DNA from: a virus
Lineage: Duplodnaviria; Caudoviricetes
DNA: 64,000 bases
Strand: one strand, 5' to 3'
Virus record (IMG/VR): IMGVR_UViG_3300033074_001459
Coordinates: 207 to 64,206 of that record
This document shows positions 10,614 through 19,634 of this stretch, piece by piece; the first letter of the stretch is position 1; each line of letters opens with the position of its first letter. Below the pieces are notes generated by a model. It saw only the letters and a list, made by a program, of their open reading frames with translations. It searched no databases and was not told where the DNA came from. Made by a program: the position numbers and the translations under genes.

Positions 10614-11821
10614 GAGCGGATCAAATCAAGCACAGGTTTCTTTTTGTGACGGCCACGGCGGCCGCGCAGGACACCCTGCAAATGTTCTCCTGGAGGCTTC
10701 TTCAGGAGGGGCACGAGATAGGAGTTATGGGACCCAATGGTATGAACCTACCAGAACAGGTGCAGTTCTTTACCAGGATACCTGATGCAATGGAATATGC
10801 CCCGGAGGTAATCATCCCGCTGGATGAGCCCAGCATAAGGGCATCGGTGAACATCTTCGGCAAGAAGCCCAAGTTCGTAAATAAGGATCCACTGGCCTAC
10901 CAGATTGCAAGCACTCGTTCTTTTGGACTAAGCCTGATGGCGAAAGCTGGTCTGCAGACGGTCCCATACTACGTGCTGAACAACCAGAACGATATGCTTC
11001 GGTTCCGGGCCAAGCAGGCAGAGTCTGAAGTACCCTGGGAACTGTTCCCAGACCATCCTGATATGCTGCACCCGGCCCCAGATGGTGACCTTGGAATCCA
11101 AATGGTACAGGGTCAAACCGTATCAGTAGGCTTCCTTATCAGCGGCAAGCACCTGTGCAAGCCCTCCTTTGTATACTCCCCTCTGCTGGGACTGCTGGAG
11201 AAGGGGGGCATCCGGGACTTCCGGGGTATGGTGGTATGCCCTGTAAGCGGAGGAGTCCTGGAATCAGTGGGTACTAAAATCCGCCACGCTATCTCGGCTA
11301 TGGGGGCTGTAGGTTTCGTGTTCGTGGACCTGTTGTTCCAGGATGACGCCACCAAGCCGCTGGTTTCCCGAATCAGTTTGATACCCCCAAAGGGATTCTT
11401 TGCTGCACTGCTGCTCTCAGACCTGATTCAGCAATCTGTAGGCCAGGCTTTGTACAGCGTAGCCAAGGGAATCAGCTTCAACTGGAAGTTAAAGACGGGG
11501 TGCCTATCCTGGGCTCGGTTGATAACCGACTGCTCCTCCAGAACGGAGTTCCCAGAGGAGCAGGGATTTTACCAAACATCTTCCACAGCAGAAGAATATG
11601 AGGTAGGATTCCACGTAAGCACTGAGACAGATGTACCAGACGTGTTATGGGAGCTTCGCCCTTCGGCCGAGGTAAAGCTAAGGACGGAGGAGCTAGGCGC
11701 TCGGTTGTTGTCAGACCTGGCAGGGTTGGGGATTGTCCCGTGCAGAGGTACTCAGCCCGTGGAACCCGCCCCAGAAGAGGTTCAAGAAGAGGAGGCAGAA
11801 TATGAGTATGCAGAGGGGTAG
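10610..11821 (+). CDS. Divergent PurD-like ATP-grasp fold protein
   Basis: RLLQEGHEI, TRSFGLSLMAKAGLQTVP and GAVGFVFVDLLFQ resemble phage phosphoribosylamine-glycine-ligase-like proteins; canonical catalytic residues are not obvious; ATGA overlap with the upstream gene. Confidence 0.45.
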   Translation: MRADQIKHRFLFVTATAAAQDTLQMFSWRLLQEGHEIGVMGPNGMNLPEQVQFFTRIPDAMEYAPEVIIPLDEPSIRASVNIFGKKPKFVNKDPLAYQIASTRSFGLSLMAKAGLQTVPYYVLNNQNDMLRFRAKQAESEVPWELFPDHPDMLHPAPDGDLGIQMVQGQTVSVGFLISGKHLCKPSFVYSPLLGLLEKGGIRDFRGMVVCPVSGGVLESVGTKIRHAISAMGAVGFVFVDLLFQDDATKPLVSRISLIPPKGFFAALLLSDLIQQSVGQALYSVAKGISFNWKLKTGCLSWARLITDCSSRTEFPEEQGFYQTSSTAEEYEVGFHVSTETDVPDVLWELRPSAEVKLRTEELGARLLSDLAGLGIVPCRGTQPVEPAPEEVQEEEAEYEYAEG

Positions 11822-12200
11822 CACCCCAACACCGGTTATCCCCGGTACCTGGACCGGGGCTACTACGTGGACCCCCGCCTCTTCGGCGGCACCTTTCCCG
11901 GTCTACACTGCTGCCGCTCCTGTTGCGGTTACGGCCGGGTCTGTAACCTGCTCCAACGTGGCTACGGGTGCAAGTGCTATTGTGGCTGCCGCATCCACCA
12001 CCCGGAGAAAGCTACTGCTTCACAACTCCGGGTCTGTAACCGTCTACCTCAACAACGGAGCTGCTGCGGATAATACTAAATTTCCTCTTCCAGCAGGTTC
12101 GGGAATTGAATTCACATCCGAAGAGGGAACCGCCCAACTTGAATGGCGAGCATATTCAGCCTCCGCAGGGGTGCTGGGTATTATCGTAGTGGAGGGTTAA
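11802..12200 (+). CDS. Small beta-rich virion structural protein
   Basis: GAGGAGG RBS before ATG 11802; RRKLLLHNSGSVTVYL and FPLPAG pattern typical of small phage structural proteins. Confidence 0.55.
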   Translation: MSMQRGSTPTPVIPGTWTGATTWTPASSAAPFPVYTAAAPVAVTAGSVTCSNVATGASAIVAAASTTRRKLLLHNSGSVTVYLNNGAAADNTKFPLPAGSGIEFTSEEGTAQLEWRAYSASAGVLGIIVVEG

Positions 12201-12204
12201 GCCG

Positions 12205-13149
12205 ATGCCAAAGATATTCGGAGGCGGCGGCACCACCGACGCCGGGGACCTCACCACGGGAACACTGGACGCCGCGCGTTTGCCGGGTGTCCTGGCCAAC
12301 GTCGACACGCAGGCGGAGCTGCTGAGCGCTGCTGCCGCTGCTGCGGCGTCGCACACTCACGCCGCCTCAGACATTGCAAGCGGGTCCCTGGCCGCTGCCA
12401 GACTCGCTGACGGCACCGCGACTGCCGGGTATGTGCCAATGAGCGACGGCGACGGGACCAGCACCTGGGGGGCGGTGAGCGACTCGACCAAGTTGCCGCT
12501 ATCAGGGGGCGCGATGACCGGGGCGCTGCAGTGGAGTGGCACCCAAACCAGCGCCGGGAACTCCATCGTCAACCTGTTCCGAGACTCTACCGGCGACCTC
12601 AATATCAACGTGGACACCGGGGATGTGGTGGATTTCCTGGTTTCGGGGACGTCGCAGGCGACGATTGGCAGTGGTGGACTAATTTTCCCAGCAAACAATA
12701 GTCCAGGCGCAAGCGCCTATGCAGTTTTTCGAGAATCTGGCGGAGCTACCATTTTGCAGGGCGCTGCCGGTGGTGGATACTCAGTGATGTCATCAAATGG
12801 GGGCGCTACTCCTCGGCATCTTGTTTGCGGCGCTTCTACTGGTTTTTGCGACGGCGGGATTATCTCGTCGCCGGCAGGCGTATCGCTCGCCGCTGCCGGA
12901 ACTCGAACCGTTGTGACAGGCGCCAAAAGCGGCACCGTGACCCTGATTAACGCTACCGATTACAAAAGGGCTACGTTTTCCGTCGAAGCCGGGACTCCGG
13001 TAAAAATTGAGGGAGATGCTTCGTTTGTGGCGGGCTCACCGGGCGCTTCACAAATTGGTCTGGAGCTTTCCTCGGCTACGCTTCGCGTAAATAATGGCTA
13101 CGCAGGCGCTAAATTGATAGCGATTCACGCAATTCTCAATAACGTTTAA
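12205..13149 (+). CDS. Tail fibre/spike-like protein
   Basis: Gly/Ala/Ser/Thr-rich; DLTTGTLDAARLP repeat; LPLSGGAMTGAL motif common in fibres. Confidence 0.55.
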   Translation: MPKIFGGGGTTDAGDLTTGTLDAARLPGVLANVDTQAELLSAAAAAAASHTHAASDIASGSLAAARLADGTATAGYVPMSDGDGTSTWGAVSDSTKLPLSGGAMTGALQWSGTQTSAGNSIVNLFRDSTGDLNINVDTGDVVDFLVSGTSQATIGSGGLIFPANNSPGASAYAVFRESGGATILQGAAGGGYSVMSSNGGATPRHLVCGASTGFCDGGIISSPAGVSLAAAGTRTVVTGAKSGTVTLINATDYKRATFSVEAGTPVKIEGDASFVAGSPGASQIGLELSSATLRVNNGYAGAKLIAIHAILNNV

Positions 13150-13159
13150 GGAGCAAATC

Positions 13160-13660
13160 ATGGCATACCTCAAAAATTTCCAGTCCCAACAATTCGCAGC
13201 GGAATTCCCTGGCGCTTATCACCGGGTAACCGTGCATGAAAAGCAGGCGCACTACGGAGTTATTGTGTTGCACGTTGACGTGTTTGCATCAAAACAGGCC
13301 GCATCACCTCCGCCTCCAACCCGTGAGATCGCTCGGGACGCCGAGGGCAACCTGATTCTCCTGGAGGACCGCACCGATTACGTTTGGGTGGATGTGCCGA
13401 GTACTCAGCGTAGTCAGGGTAATCCTATCGGATCGTATCAGGTGCAGGTGTGGAATCGCCAACCATTGGAGCGCAAAGCCGGAGATGGCGGCCCTGAGTT
13501 CGTGGTGGATGCGGCCGCTTTTAACGCACTAACCGGCAAGGGCGCACCCATCGCAGCGCCGCAGGGAACGCCTGACAAGGAAAAATTCGCGCCCAAGGCC
13601 CAGGCCTACAGGCTTCTCAAATCGTTGCCGTCACTGGCTGACGCGGTTGACGATAAATGA
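13160..13660 (+). CDS. Hypothetical protein, possibly tail-fibre associated
   Basis: AAGGAG RBS; follows a fibre gene; YHRVTV...VDVFASKQAA pattern. Confidence 0.5.
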   Translation: MAYLKNFQSQQFAAEFPGAYHRVTVHEKQAHYGVIVLHVDVFASKQAASPPPPTREIARDAEGNLILLEDRTDYVWVDVPSTQRSQGNPIGSYQVQVWNRQPLERKAGDGGPEFVVDAAAFNALTGKGAPIAAPQGTPDKEKFAPKAQAYRLLKSLPSLADAVDDK

Positions 13661-13740
13661 ATCGCCTCTGGGCCGCTATCACGTGGGCTGTCTGCGTGGC
13701 TTTCTGGGCCATGCCAAAAATGATTGGGGGTAGGCGATAA
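13657..13740 (+). CDS. 27-aa hydrophobic micro-ORF (MNRLWAAITWAVCVAFWAMPKMIGGRR)
   Basis: ATGA overlap with upstream stop and TAATG overlap with next ORF; not in the ORF track. Confidence 0.3.
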   Translation: MNRLWAAITWAVCVAFWAMPKMIGGRR

Positions 13741-13832
13741 TGGCGCCCAGGTGGCTTATCACGGAGTCGCATGTGTTGGTGCAACTGCCCAACGGAGAAT
13801 GGCTGATTTACGCAACGAGGAGTGGGGGGTAG
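13740..13832 (+). CDS. 30-aa micro-ORF (MAPRWLITESHVLVQLPNGEWLIYATRSGG)
   Basis: Coupled to the previous ORF; same GGGGGTAGGCGAT RBS context as the next gene. Confidence 0.3.
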   Translation: MAPRWLITESHVLVQLPNGEWLIYATRSGG

Positions 13833-13835
13833 GCG

Positions 13836-14162
13836 ATGACTGTATCCGAATTACAAAAGGCTATAGCAACTCTTACGGCAGCCGCAGGGGCCGCAACTAC
13901 CCTGGGGGCGGGATTTTTCGGGTGGCTGCGCGGCCGGGCGGAGACGGCCACGGCCGAGGCCAAGGCACAGACTGAACAACTGGCCACCCTGACGAAGGCC
14001 TTCGAAGCGCAGGCCAAAACGAGCCAGATACTGATGGATCGCAGCCAGCACCAAAGCGAGAAAATCAGCTCGCTGACTGAGGCGATTGCGGATGATGGAA
14101 AAATCGACTCCGGCGAGATTATGGCATTGGTGGCCGCTGCAGTCCAGGAGTTGTCGGCATGA
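13836..14162 (+). CDS. Membrane-anchored coiled-coil protein (holin-like candidate)
   Basis: N-terminal hydrophobic helix ending GFFGWLRGR, then heptad-rich region. Confidence 0.45.
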   Translation: MTVSELQKAIATLTAAAGAATTLGAGFFGWLRGRAETATAEAKAQTEQLATLTKAFEAQAKTSQILMDRSQHQSEKISSLTEAIADDGKIDSGEIMALVAAAVQELSA

Positions 14163-14350
14163 GCAATATTTTTCGCGTTGAAGACCTAACAGTCTATTCC
14201 CTGGCCGACGAGGATCGGGTGGATATTGTCTGTCTACCTCCCGAAGGATCGATGAATAGTAGATGCGAGCGAGCCCGAAAAATTTGCTTGACTAAAGCTG
14301 AGGCTCTGGACCTAGCGGATAAATTGCGCTGGGCGGCAGAGCGGCTGTGA
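14159..14350 (+). CDS. Hypothetical protein, 63 aa
   Basis: AGGAG RBS and ATGA overlap; LTKAEALDLADKL pattern. Confidence 0.45.
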   Translation: MSNIFRVEDLTVYSLADEDRVDIVCLPPEGSMNSRCERARKICLTKAEALDLADKLRWAAERL

Positions 14351-14438
14351 TTGGCGCCCTGTGGGTGGCCTACCGGGCCCAGTGTGTGGCCTGTGTGAGC
14401 CCTGCAGAGAATTTGGCGCAGATAGGGAGGTAATAAAA

Positions 14439-14810
14439 ATGGAGGCTATGGGTAACCAGGCGGTAAGTTGGATTCTGCAATTAAAAGAAATTATTGCTTT
14501 AGTGGCACTCCTTCTCGGCTGGTGGCACCTCCAGAGCAAGCATATTCCATTTTTGCTTATGCGGGAACAGGAAAAAGCTCGTCAGGAGGCCGACAGGTTT
14601 CAGCAGGTTCTGAAATCCCTTGAGGATAGGCACCAGAGTAATCACGCAGCTATTGAGAGGCTCCTAGAGAAACTCAACGATACGTTAGCAGACGGTCTCC
14701 AGCACCTTAAGGATGTCCTGGTGGAACACTATCGTTCAACGGACGGTAGAAACCTTCCGGCTACTGTGGAAAAAGCGCAGAATGCGATGATGAAGAGGGA
14801 GCGAGCCTAA
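14439..14810 (+). CDS. Single-TM coiled-coil protein (BhlA/XhlA-like holin candidate)
   Basis: GGGAGG RBS before ATG 14439; TM segment IIALVALLLGWW followed by coiled coil. Confidence 0.45.
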   Translation: MEAMGNQAVSWILQLKEIIALVALLLGWWHLQSKHIPFLLMREQEKARQEADRFQQVLKSLEDRHQSNHAAIERLLEKLNDTLADGLQHLKDVLVEHYRSTDGRNLPATVEKAQNAMMKRERA

Positions 14811-15487
14811 TGCCTGGTAATTCTTTTTTAGGGAACATAGTTTCTAGGGTGCCTTTAGGCAGCAACGGACAAGTTCTTACTGTGGACGAATCCACTATGA
14901 ATGGCGTTGTGTTCAAAGACCCTGCAGTCACTCCGGCTACAACCAATGCCAGCGACCTCACATCAGGAACTTTGAATGCGGCCCGATTGCCGGGAGTATT
15001 GGCAAATGTTTCTACTCAACCTCAGCTCCTTGCTGCTGCAGGGGCGGCAGTTCCTACCAAATACGCCAGGCTATCCCGCGTAACTTCAAATCAATCCAGC
15101 ATTTCAGGGTCTTGGGCTCAGGACTATCTCCAGTACAACGAAATCACAGAGGACAATGATGGGATTATAGATTCTATCAGCGGGGATGATATTACCATTG
15201 CAGAGCCCGGAACCTACCTGATACTGCAAACCCTATATTCCAATAACAACCTGGCAGGGTATATCAACGTCTCGGTGAATGGAGTGGGCGTTAGCACTTC
15301 CGACCCAATTATCCTGGCTTCCACTACCGCAATAGCCTATTTCCGGTATATGTGGGTAATCAGAACCACCGCCGCAAACCAGGTACTGAAAATGGGTTTC
15401 TTTTCCTTGGCCACATCTCAGATGGATTACACCGACTCTAATCGTCCAGGTAATGTGAACTTCCTCGAAATTTTGAAATTGGGGTAA
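14810..15487 (+). CDS. Tail fibre-like protein with C-terminal beta-sandwich
   Basis: LGSNGQVLTVD motif; DLTSGTLNAARLPGVLANV module shared with 12205..13149; ITIAEPGTYLI motif. Confidence 0.55.
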   Translation: MPGNSFLGNIVSRVPLGSNGQVLTVDESTMNGVVFKDPAVTPATTNASDLTSGTLNAARLPGVLANVSTQPQLLAAAGAAVPTKYARLSRVTSNQSSISGSWAQDYLQYNEITEDNDGIIDSISGDDITIAEPGTYLILQTLYSNNNLAGYINVSVNGVGVSTSDPIILASTTAIAYFRYMWVIRTTAANQVLKMGFFSLATSQMDYTDSNRPGNVNFLEILKLG

Positions 15488-15491
15488 TACC

Positions 15492-15791
15492 ATGCACTAC
15501 GACAGAGAAAAACTTGGGGCTTACCTGGCTTCCAAATACCCGGATAAGTACGGGCCCTTCTCTCCAGAGATCCAGCTCCTGGCTGTAGAAGGCCCTAACG
15601 GAGAGGTCCTGGCAGAGATTGTTAAATGGATGGAGGGCTCCCCATTCCCAGACCCTGCCGAAGTGGATGCTATGCAACCCTCACAAAAGGATACTATCGA
15701 CACTTGTGAGCAGGCTATCAAGGACGCCACCACTATAGCCGGGCTGAGGTCCGCCCTCCTTCGGCTGGTTAAGGTGCTCAAAGGCCAATGA
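15492..15791 (+). CDS. XkdW-like small protein
   Basis: YLASKYP...IVKWMEGSPFPDPAEV resembles the XkdW family that follows fibre genes. Confidence 0.4.
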   Translation: MHYDREKLGAYLASKYPDKYGPFSPEIQLLAVEGPNGEVLAEIVKWMEGSPFPDPAEVDAMQPSQKDTIDTCEQAIKDATTIAGLRSALLRLVKVLKGQ

Positions 15792-15997
15792 CAGCAGAGC
15801 AAATAACTCTCACCCATCTGAGCAACCTGTCCTACCGTTCCAGCAACGGATGGACCGTGTCAGGCGTTCCTGCCACCAATGGACAGGTATGGTACACTGT
15901 CGAGGACCCAGAAGGTAAGAAGGTTCCGTTCAAATTCACTCTCCTCACCCGAGCAAAAAACTGGATACGCGCCAATTCAAGGAGGCCCGATGAGTAA
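15788..15997 (+). CDS. Hypothetical protein, 69 aa
   Basis: ATGA-coupled ORF with protein-like composition. Confidence 0.5.
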   Translation: MTAEQITLTHLSNLSYRSSNGWTVSGVPATNGQVWYTVEDPEGKKVPFKFTLLTRAKNWIRANSRRPDE

Positions 15998-16283
15998 GTA
16001 CGTTCATTTTCTTCGTCTGATTTTCTTCACCGCCATGCTGTACATCCTGGTGGCTGAGGTGGTGGAGTTCCCCGGTGAGAAAAAAGGAGAGGCCAAGAAA
16101 GACTTCATCCTTCGCAGTTTCAACGAGGGCATCGACGCCAAGTTCCCCAACACCCCCTGGATCGACTTCATCCAGGCGTGGGTGTCCAAGGCTCTGGGAG
16201 CCCTGATTGACTGGATGGTAGCCAAGGCCAAGGCCGAAGGCGGGCTAGACAAAATCAAGGCTGAAGTCCTGAGTTTTTTCTAG
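15990..16283 (+). CDS. Holin-like protein, 97 aa
   Basis: AAGGAGG RBS before ATG 15990; N-terminal TM helix; GEKKGEAKKDFI pattern of LL-H-like holins; ends on T TTT TTC TAG. Confidence 0.5.
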   Translation: MSKYVHFLRLIFFTAMLYILVAEVVEFPGEKKGEAKKDFILRSFNEGIDAKFPNTPWIDFIQAWVSKALGALIDWMVAKAKAEGGLDKIKAEVLSFF

Positions 16284-16597
16284 AGGGGGCGGGCTATGAC
16301 TGGATTACAGAACCCCTTATCGCCAGGGCCATTAAGCCTCTGGTGCAGGCGATCCAAGATCGCTCGCCCCTCGATCTCCAACGCTATGCCGACAGATTTT
16401 CCTCGTTTACCCAGCTCTCAGGATTACTGGAGAGAATCGACGGAAGAGGTACCGACGAGCGGATCCGAACCCAGGTTCAAGATTACGCGGATCGCATCAG
16501 TGGAGGCGTCGTTATCGAAGCCCCAGACTGGGGAGGAAGTCTCCCTGATGCTTACTTCCATATTGCGGAAAAGTTACGAAAAGATGCTGGACTATAG
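16277..16597 (+). CDS. Start-less reading frame (…DWITEPLIARAIKPL…KDAGL), probable -1 frameshift extension or frame-broken gene
   Basis: Protein-like helical sequence with genome-like codon usage; no start codon with an RBS in this frame; see findings. Confidence 0.5.
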   Translation, partial: FLEGAGYDWITEPLIARAIKPLVQAIQDRSPLDLQRYADRFSSFTQLSGLLERIDGRGTDERIRTQVQDYADRISGGVVIEAPDWGGSLPDAYFHIAEKLRKDAGL

Positions 16598-16639
16598 TAC
16601 ATTACTGCTATTGTCCAAAGATGACACGTAGGAGGTGAC

Positions 16640-17086
16640 ATGCCCAAAGACACTCTGCCGATAGGCAACTTCGTAGACAGCATTATGATTGGGGCCGACA
16701 ATACCGCACTGGTTGCGGACAGCACCAACGACTACAAGGCCAAGTTCCGCGCTATGACTATCTCTGACATCACCAACTTGCAGAGCAGCCTGAACGCGGT
16801 GGGCGGAGTTTACAACGGGCACGTCACCGGAGTAGGCGGTACGGGGGATGCCATCACCGGTACCATTTCCCCGGCCCGTACTTTGGCCGCAGGTGACCGG
16901 GTATCCCTCAAAGCGGGTGCCGACAATAGCGGTGCTACCACCCTGGCTTTGACTGGTGCTACACCGGCAACGGCTATCGCCATCCAGAAGAAAGGTGCGG
17001 CCTGCTCTGGAGGCGAGATTGACCAAAACGGTATGTATATGCTGGTCTACGATGGTACCGTTTGGCAGTTGGTTTGTGGTGACTGA
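16640..17086 (+). CDS. Tail/baseplate structural protein
   Basis: AGGAGG RBS; NSGATTLAL...GEIDQNGMYMLVYDGTVW motif common in phage tail proteins. Confidence 0.6.
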   Translation: MPKDTLPIGNFVDSIMIGADNTALVADSTNDYKAKFRAMTISDITNLQSSLNAVGGVYNGHVTGVGGTGDAITGTISPARTLAAGDRVSLKAGADNSGATTLALTGATPATAIAIQKKGAACSGGEIDQNGMYMLVYDGTVWQLVCGD

Positions 17087-17724
17087 TGTTTGAACCGAAA
17101 TCCATCCTCAGTCACAAGAAGGTCCTGTCCATTTCGTACCAGTCGCAGATGGACAGCGACACCGCTCAGTGGGGTCGTATGTGCGGCTCCTCCTCTTCGG
17201 CGATGCTCTGTGAATACCTGAAGGCCGGGTGCCTGAAGAACCACAGGGGGCGCCGAAGCGGGGAGCAAGTGGACGACTTCTATCTGCGCAAACTGAACGA
17301 ACTGTTCGGGGACACCACGGACGCCAACGCCCACATCAAGATGCACCGCTGGTTGGGGTGCTATACCAAGTTTCGTCAGGATAAGACCCGCGAGACTTTG
17401 GAGTGGTACCTCGCCCACGACCTGCCTATTATGGTGGGCTGGCTGCACCACGGTTCCTACTATGCGCCCAACGCAGCCAAGAGCCACTGGTCCCTGGTCG
17501 TTGGGTACGACCCCGACGGCGACTGCTTTGTATTTCACGACCCGGCAGGCACCGCCAATATCCCGGGTGGTGGGTACATCAACAACCAGGGCAAGTACCG
17601 CAAGTACCCCTGGGAGCAGTGGCAGCGTCGATGGATGGCCGACACGCAGGGCAACTTTATGCCGGGCACCGGGTGGGCCATCGTTCCAGAAACGGACAAG
17701 AAGACCGGTCTGTACATCGGGTGA
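17086..17724 (+). CDS. C39-family cysteine peptidase, probable endolysin
   Basis: YQSQ...MCGSSSSAM (Cys), SHWSLVVGYD (His) and HDP (Asp) catalytic triad pattern. Confidence 0.75.
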   Translation: MFEPKSILSHKKVLSISYQSQMDSDTAQWGRMCGSSSSAMLCEYLKAGCLKNHRGRRSGEQVDDFYLRKLNELFGDTTDANAHIKMHRWLGCYTKFRQDKTRETLEWYLAHDLPIMVGWLHHGSYYAPNAAKSHWSLVVGYDPDGDCFVFHDPAGTANIPGGGYINNQGKYRKYPWEQWQRRWMADTQGNFMPGTGWAIVPETDKKTGLYIG

Positions 17725-17873
17725 AAAATATGAAGGACGCATAGCTTCCAACTACTGCGCCCTTGTTTTTCTCTTCCTCGTACCCGTGGTAATAATAGCG
17801 GGTACGAGGAAGATTTTGCAATACACTGGATGCAATTGGTAATAATGTACTAGAGTAGTAGCAGGAGGTCGGA

Positions 17874-19625
17874 ATGTGGCGAACACGCAACGCGCAAAAT
17901 AGGGAAACCCGGCACACTTCCATTCCTGCTGACTCCGCCGGTTCTGCAGATGGCGGCGGGGTGTACTTTATCAACCGCATCCTGGATGACGAACTGAATT
18001 CAGGCGGAGCGCCTCCAGGCAGTCCAGCATCCGGTGACAGGTATATAGTACCTTCAGATGGTTCTGGGGCTTGGTCCAGCCTGGCTGGTAGATTGGTATC
18101 CTGGAATGGCGCTTCCTGGGCTACCCTTGGTTCCAGCGGTACAGACTACACGGTGGGGTCGCTGGCTCACGTTTACAATGAGAATCACCACACTGTGTTT
18201 GAGCGAGTCACCGCATCCCAGAGCAATGGGTTGGGTACAGCAGGGTCCACCTACCAGTTCTGGATTCCCGATTGGGTTAGGGACGCTCTGCATTCATTGC
18301 TGGTAGAGGTTATTCAGGACAAGGACCTGACGACTGCTCCGGCTACCCCGTTGACTAACTATCCTCGGTATATTGTAGGGGCCGGAGCCACAGGTGTGTG
18401 GTCAGGCAAGGATGGTAAAATCGCCCTGGGTGTGGTTCACGAGACTACAGGTACAAACGCCTGGATATTCCGCGACCCTGTGGAGGGTATGCTAACCTGG
18501 ATAGCTGACGAGAACAAGTTCTATCACTACACCTCTGGCGGGGCTTGGGCTCCTCTAGGCGGCAACCTGGCTTTGAACGACCTGTCTGATGTTGTGGCCC
18601 CTAGTCCGTCCTTGGGTGACGTAGTGTACTTCGATGGTACGAACTGGGTTAACCAGCCCGCATCTACTCCAGGGGCTCACGACCTGGATTCCCACTCCGA
18701 TGTGACTATCACAGCTCCCACTGACAGACAGGTCGTGCTCTATGATAACGGCACCTCGGAGTTCATCAACGACGACCTGAACATCGCTGACCTGGGCGAC
18801 GTAAACCTGACCGGGCTGGCTAACGGATACACATTCGTGTGGAACTCCGGCACCAGCAAGTGGGACGTGGCAGCCGGGCCTGCGGCAGCCCCGCACCAAT
18901 TCCTTTCAGCCAGCCACAGCAACACGGTTGTGACGGGCTCTCAGACCACCGGTGACGTGGCCTACTACAACGGTACCAACTGGACCAATCGACCCAACTC
19001 GCTGGCCAACTTGCTGACTGTGAGCATCACCGGTCCTGCATCTGGTCAGATTCTGACCTACAACGGCAGCAACTGGGTAAACGGGTCCGTCAGCGGAACC
19101 ATCAACCTGGACGACCTGGCAAACGTCAACACCACGGGTAAGCTCAATCACGACATCATCTGGTGGGACTCGGGCACCGGTAAATGGGTAGACCGCACCC
19201 TGGTTCTCGGGGACATCAGCAACGTCAGCACAGCAGGCGCGGTTAACGGGCAGGCCCTGGTATTCAACGGGTCTACCTGGGCTCCGGGTAGCCCGACCGC
19301 AACCGTCACGGCCGAATGGGGCTACTTCTATTCCACTGGGGGCGGGTTTGTGGCCGGGTCTGGGAGCACCGTCACCTTACAGACAGCGTATACCCCGAAC
19401 AGATTCGTTGTCCCGTCTACAGGCAAGTGGGCTATGATTGTTCATACAAGTGCTGCAGCCCCTGATATTGTCCTGGCCACCAGTGCTGGGTGGTTCTCTG
19501 CTGCCGCCACCTTCGGAGCTTGCCTGCTTGCACCGTTATCTGCCGGACAGTACTTCTATTTTAATGCAGGCCCTAGCCCAGTAGGGACACAGTACTCTGT
19601 AATAATATTCAAAGTAGGCAACTAA
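17874..19625 (+). CDS. Tail fibre with two DUF2793-like domains and L(N/D)DL(S/A)DV...WxN repeats
   Basis: PPGSPASGDRYIVP..GAW and YIVGAGATGVWSGKDGKIA segments; about six GDVVYFDGTNWVN-type repeats. Confidence 0.75.
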   Translation: MWRTRNAQNRETRHTSIPADSAGSADGGGVYFINRILDDELNSGGAPPGSPASGDRYIVPSDGSGAWSSLAGRLVSWNGASWATLGSSGTDYTVGSLAHVYNENHHTVFERVTASQSNGLGTAGSTYQFWIPDWVRDALHSLLVEVIQDKDLTTAPATPLTNYPRYIVGAGATGVWSGKDGKIALGVVHETTGTNAWIFRDPVEGMLTWIADENKFYHYTSGGAWAPLGGNLALNDLSDVVAPSPSLGDVVYFDGTNWVNQPASTPGAHDLDSHSDVTITAPTDRQVVLYDNGTSEFINDDLNIADLGDVNLTGLANGYTFVWNSGTSKWDVAAGPAAAPHQFLSASHSNTVVTGSQTTGDVAYYNGTNWTNRPNSLANLLTVSITGPASGQILTYNGSNWVNGSVSGTINLDDLANVNTTGKLNHDIIWWDSGTGKWVDRTLVLGDISNVSTAGAVNGQALVFNGSTWAPGSPTATVTAEWGYFYSTGGGFVAGSGSTVTLQTAYTPNRFVVPSTGKWAMIVHTSAAAPDIVLATSAGWFSAAATFGACLLAPLSAGQYFYFNAGPSPVGTQYSVIIFKVGN

Positions 19626-19634
19626 GGAGGCCCC

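Noticed and set aside
13726-13837. GGGGGTAGGCGAT x2 as a repeat element
   Set aside because: Both copies are the RBS/start context of consecutive small genes and are explained by translation signals.
16296-16631. 111-aa ORF MTGLQNPLSP…
   Set aside because: Ser/Pro/Arg/Thr-rich off-frame character; the overlapping frame 16277..16597 is more protein-like.
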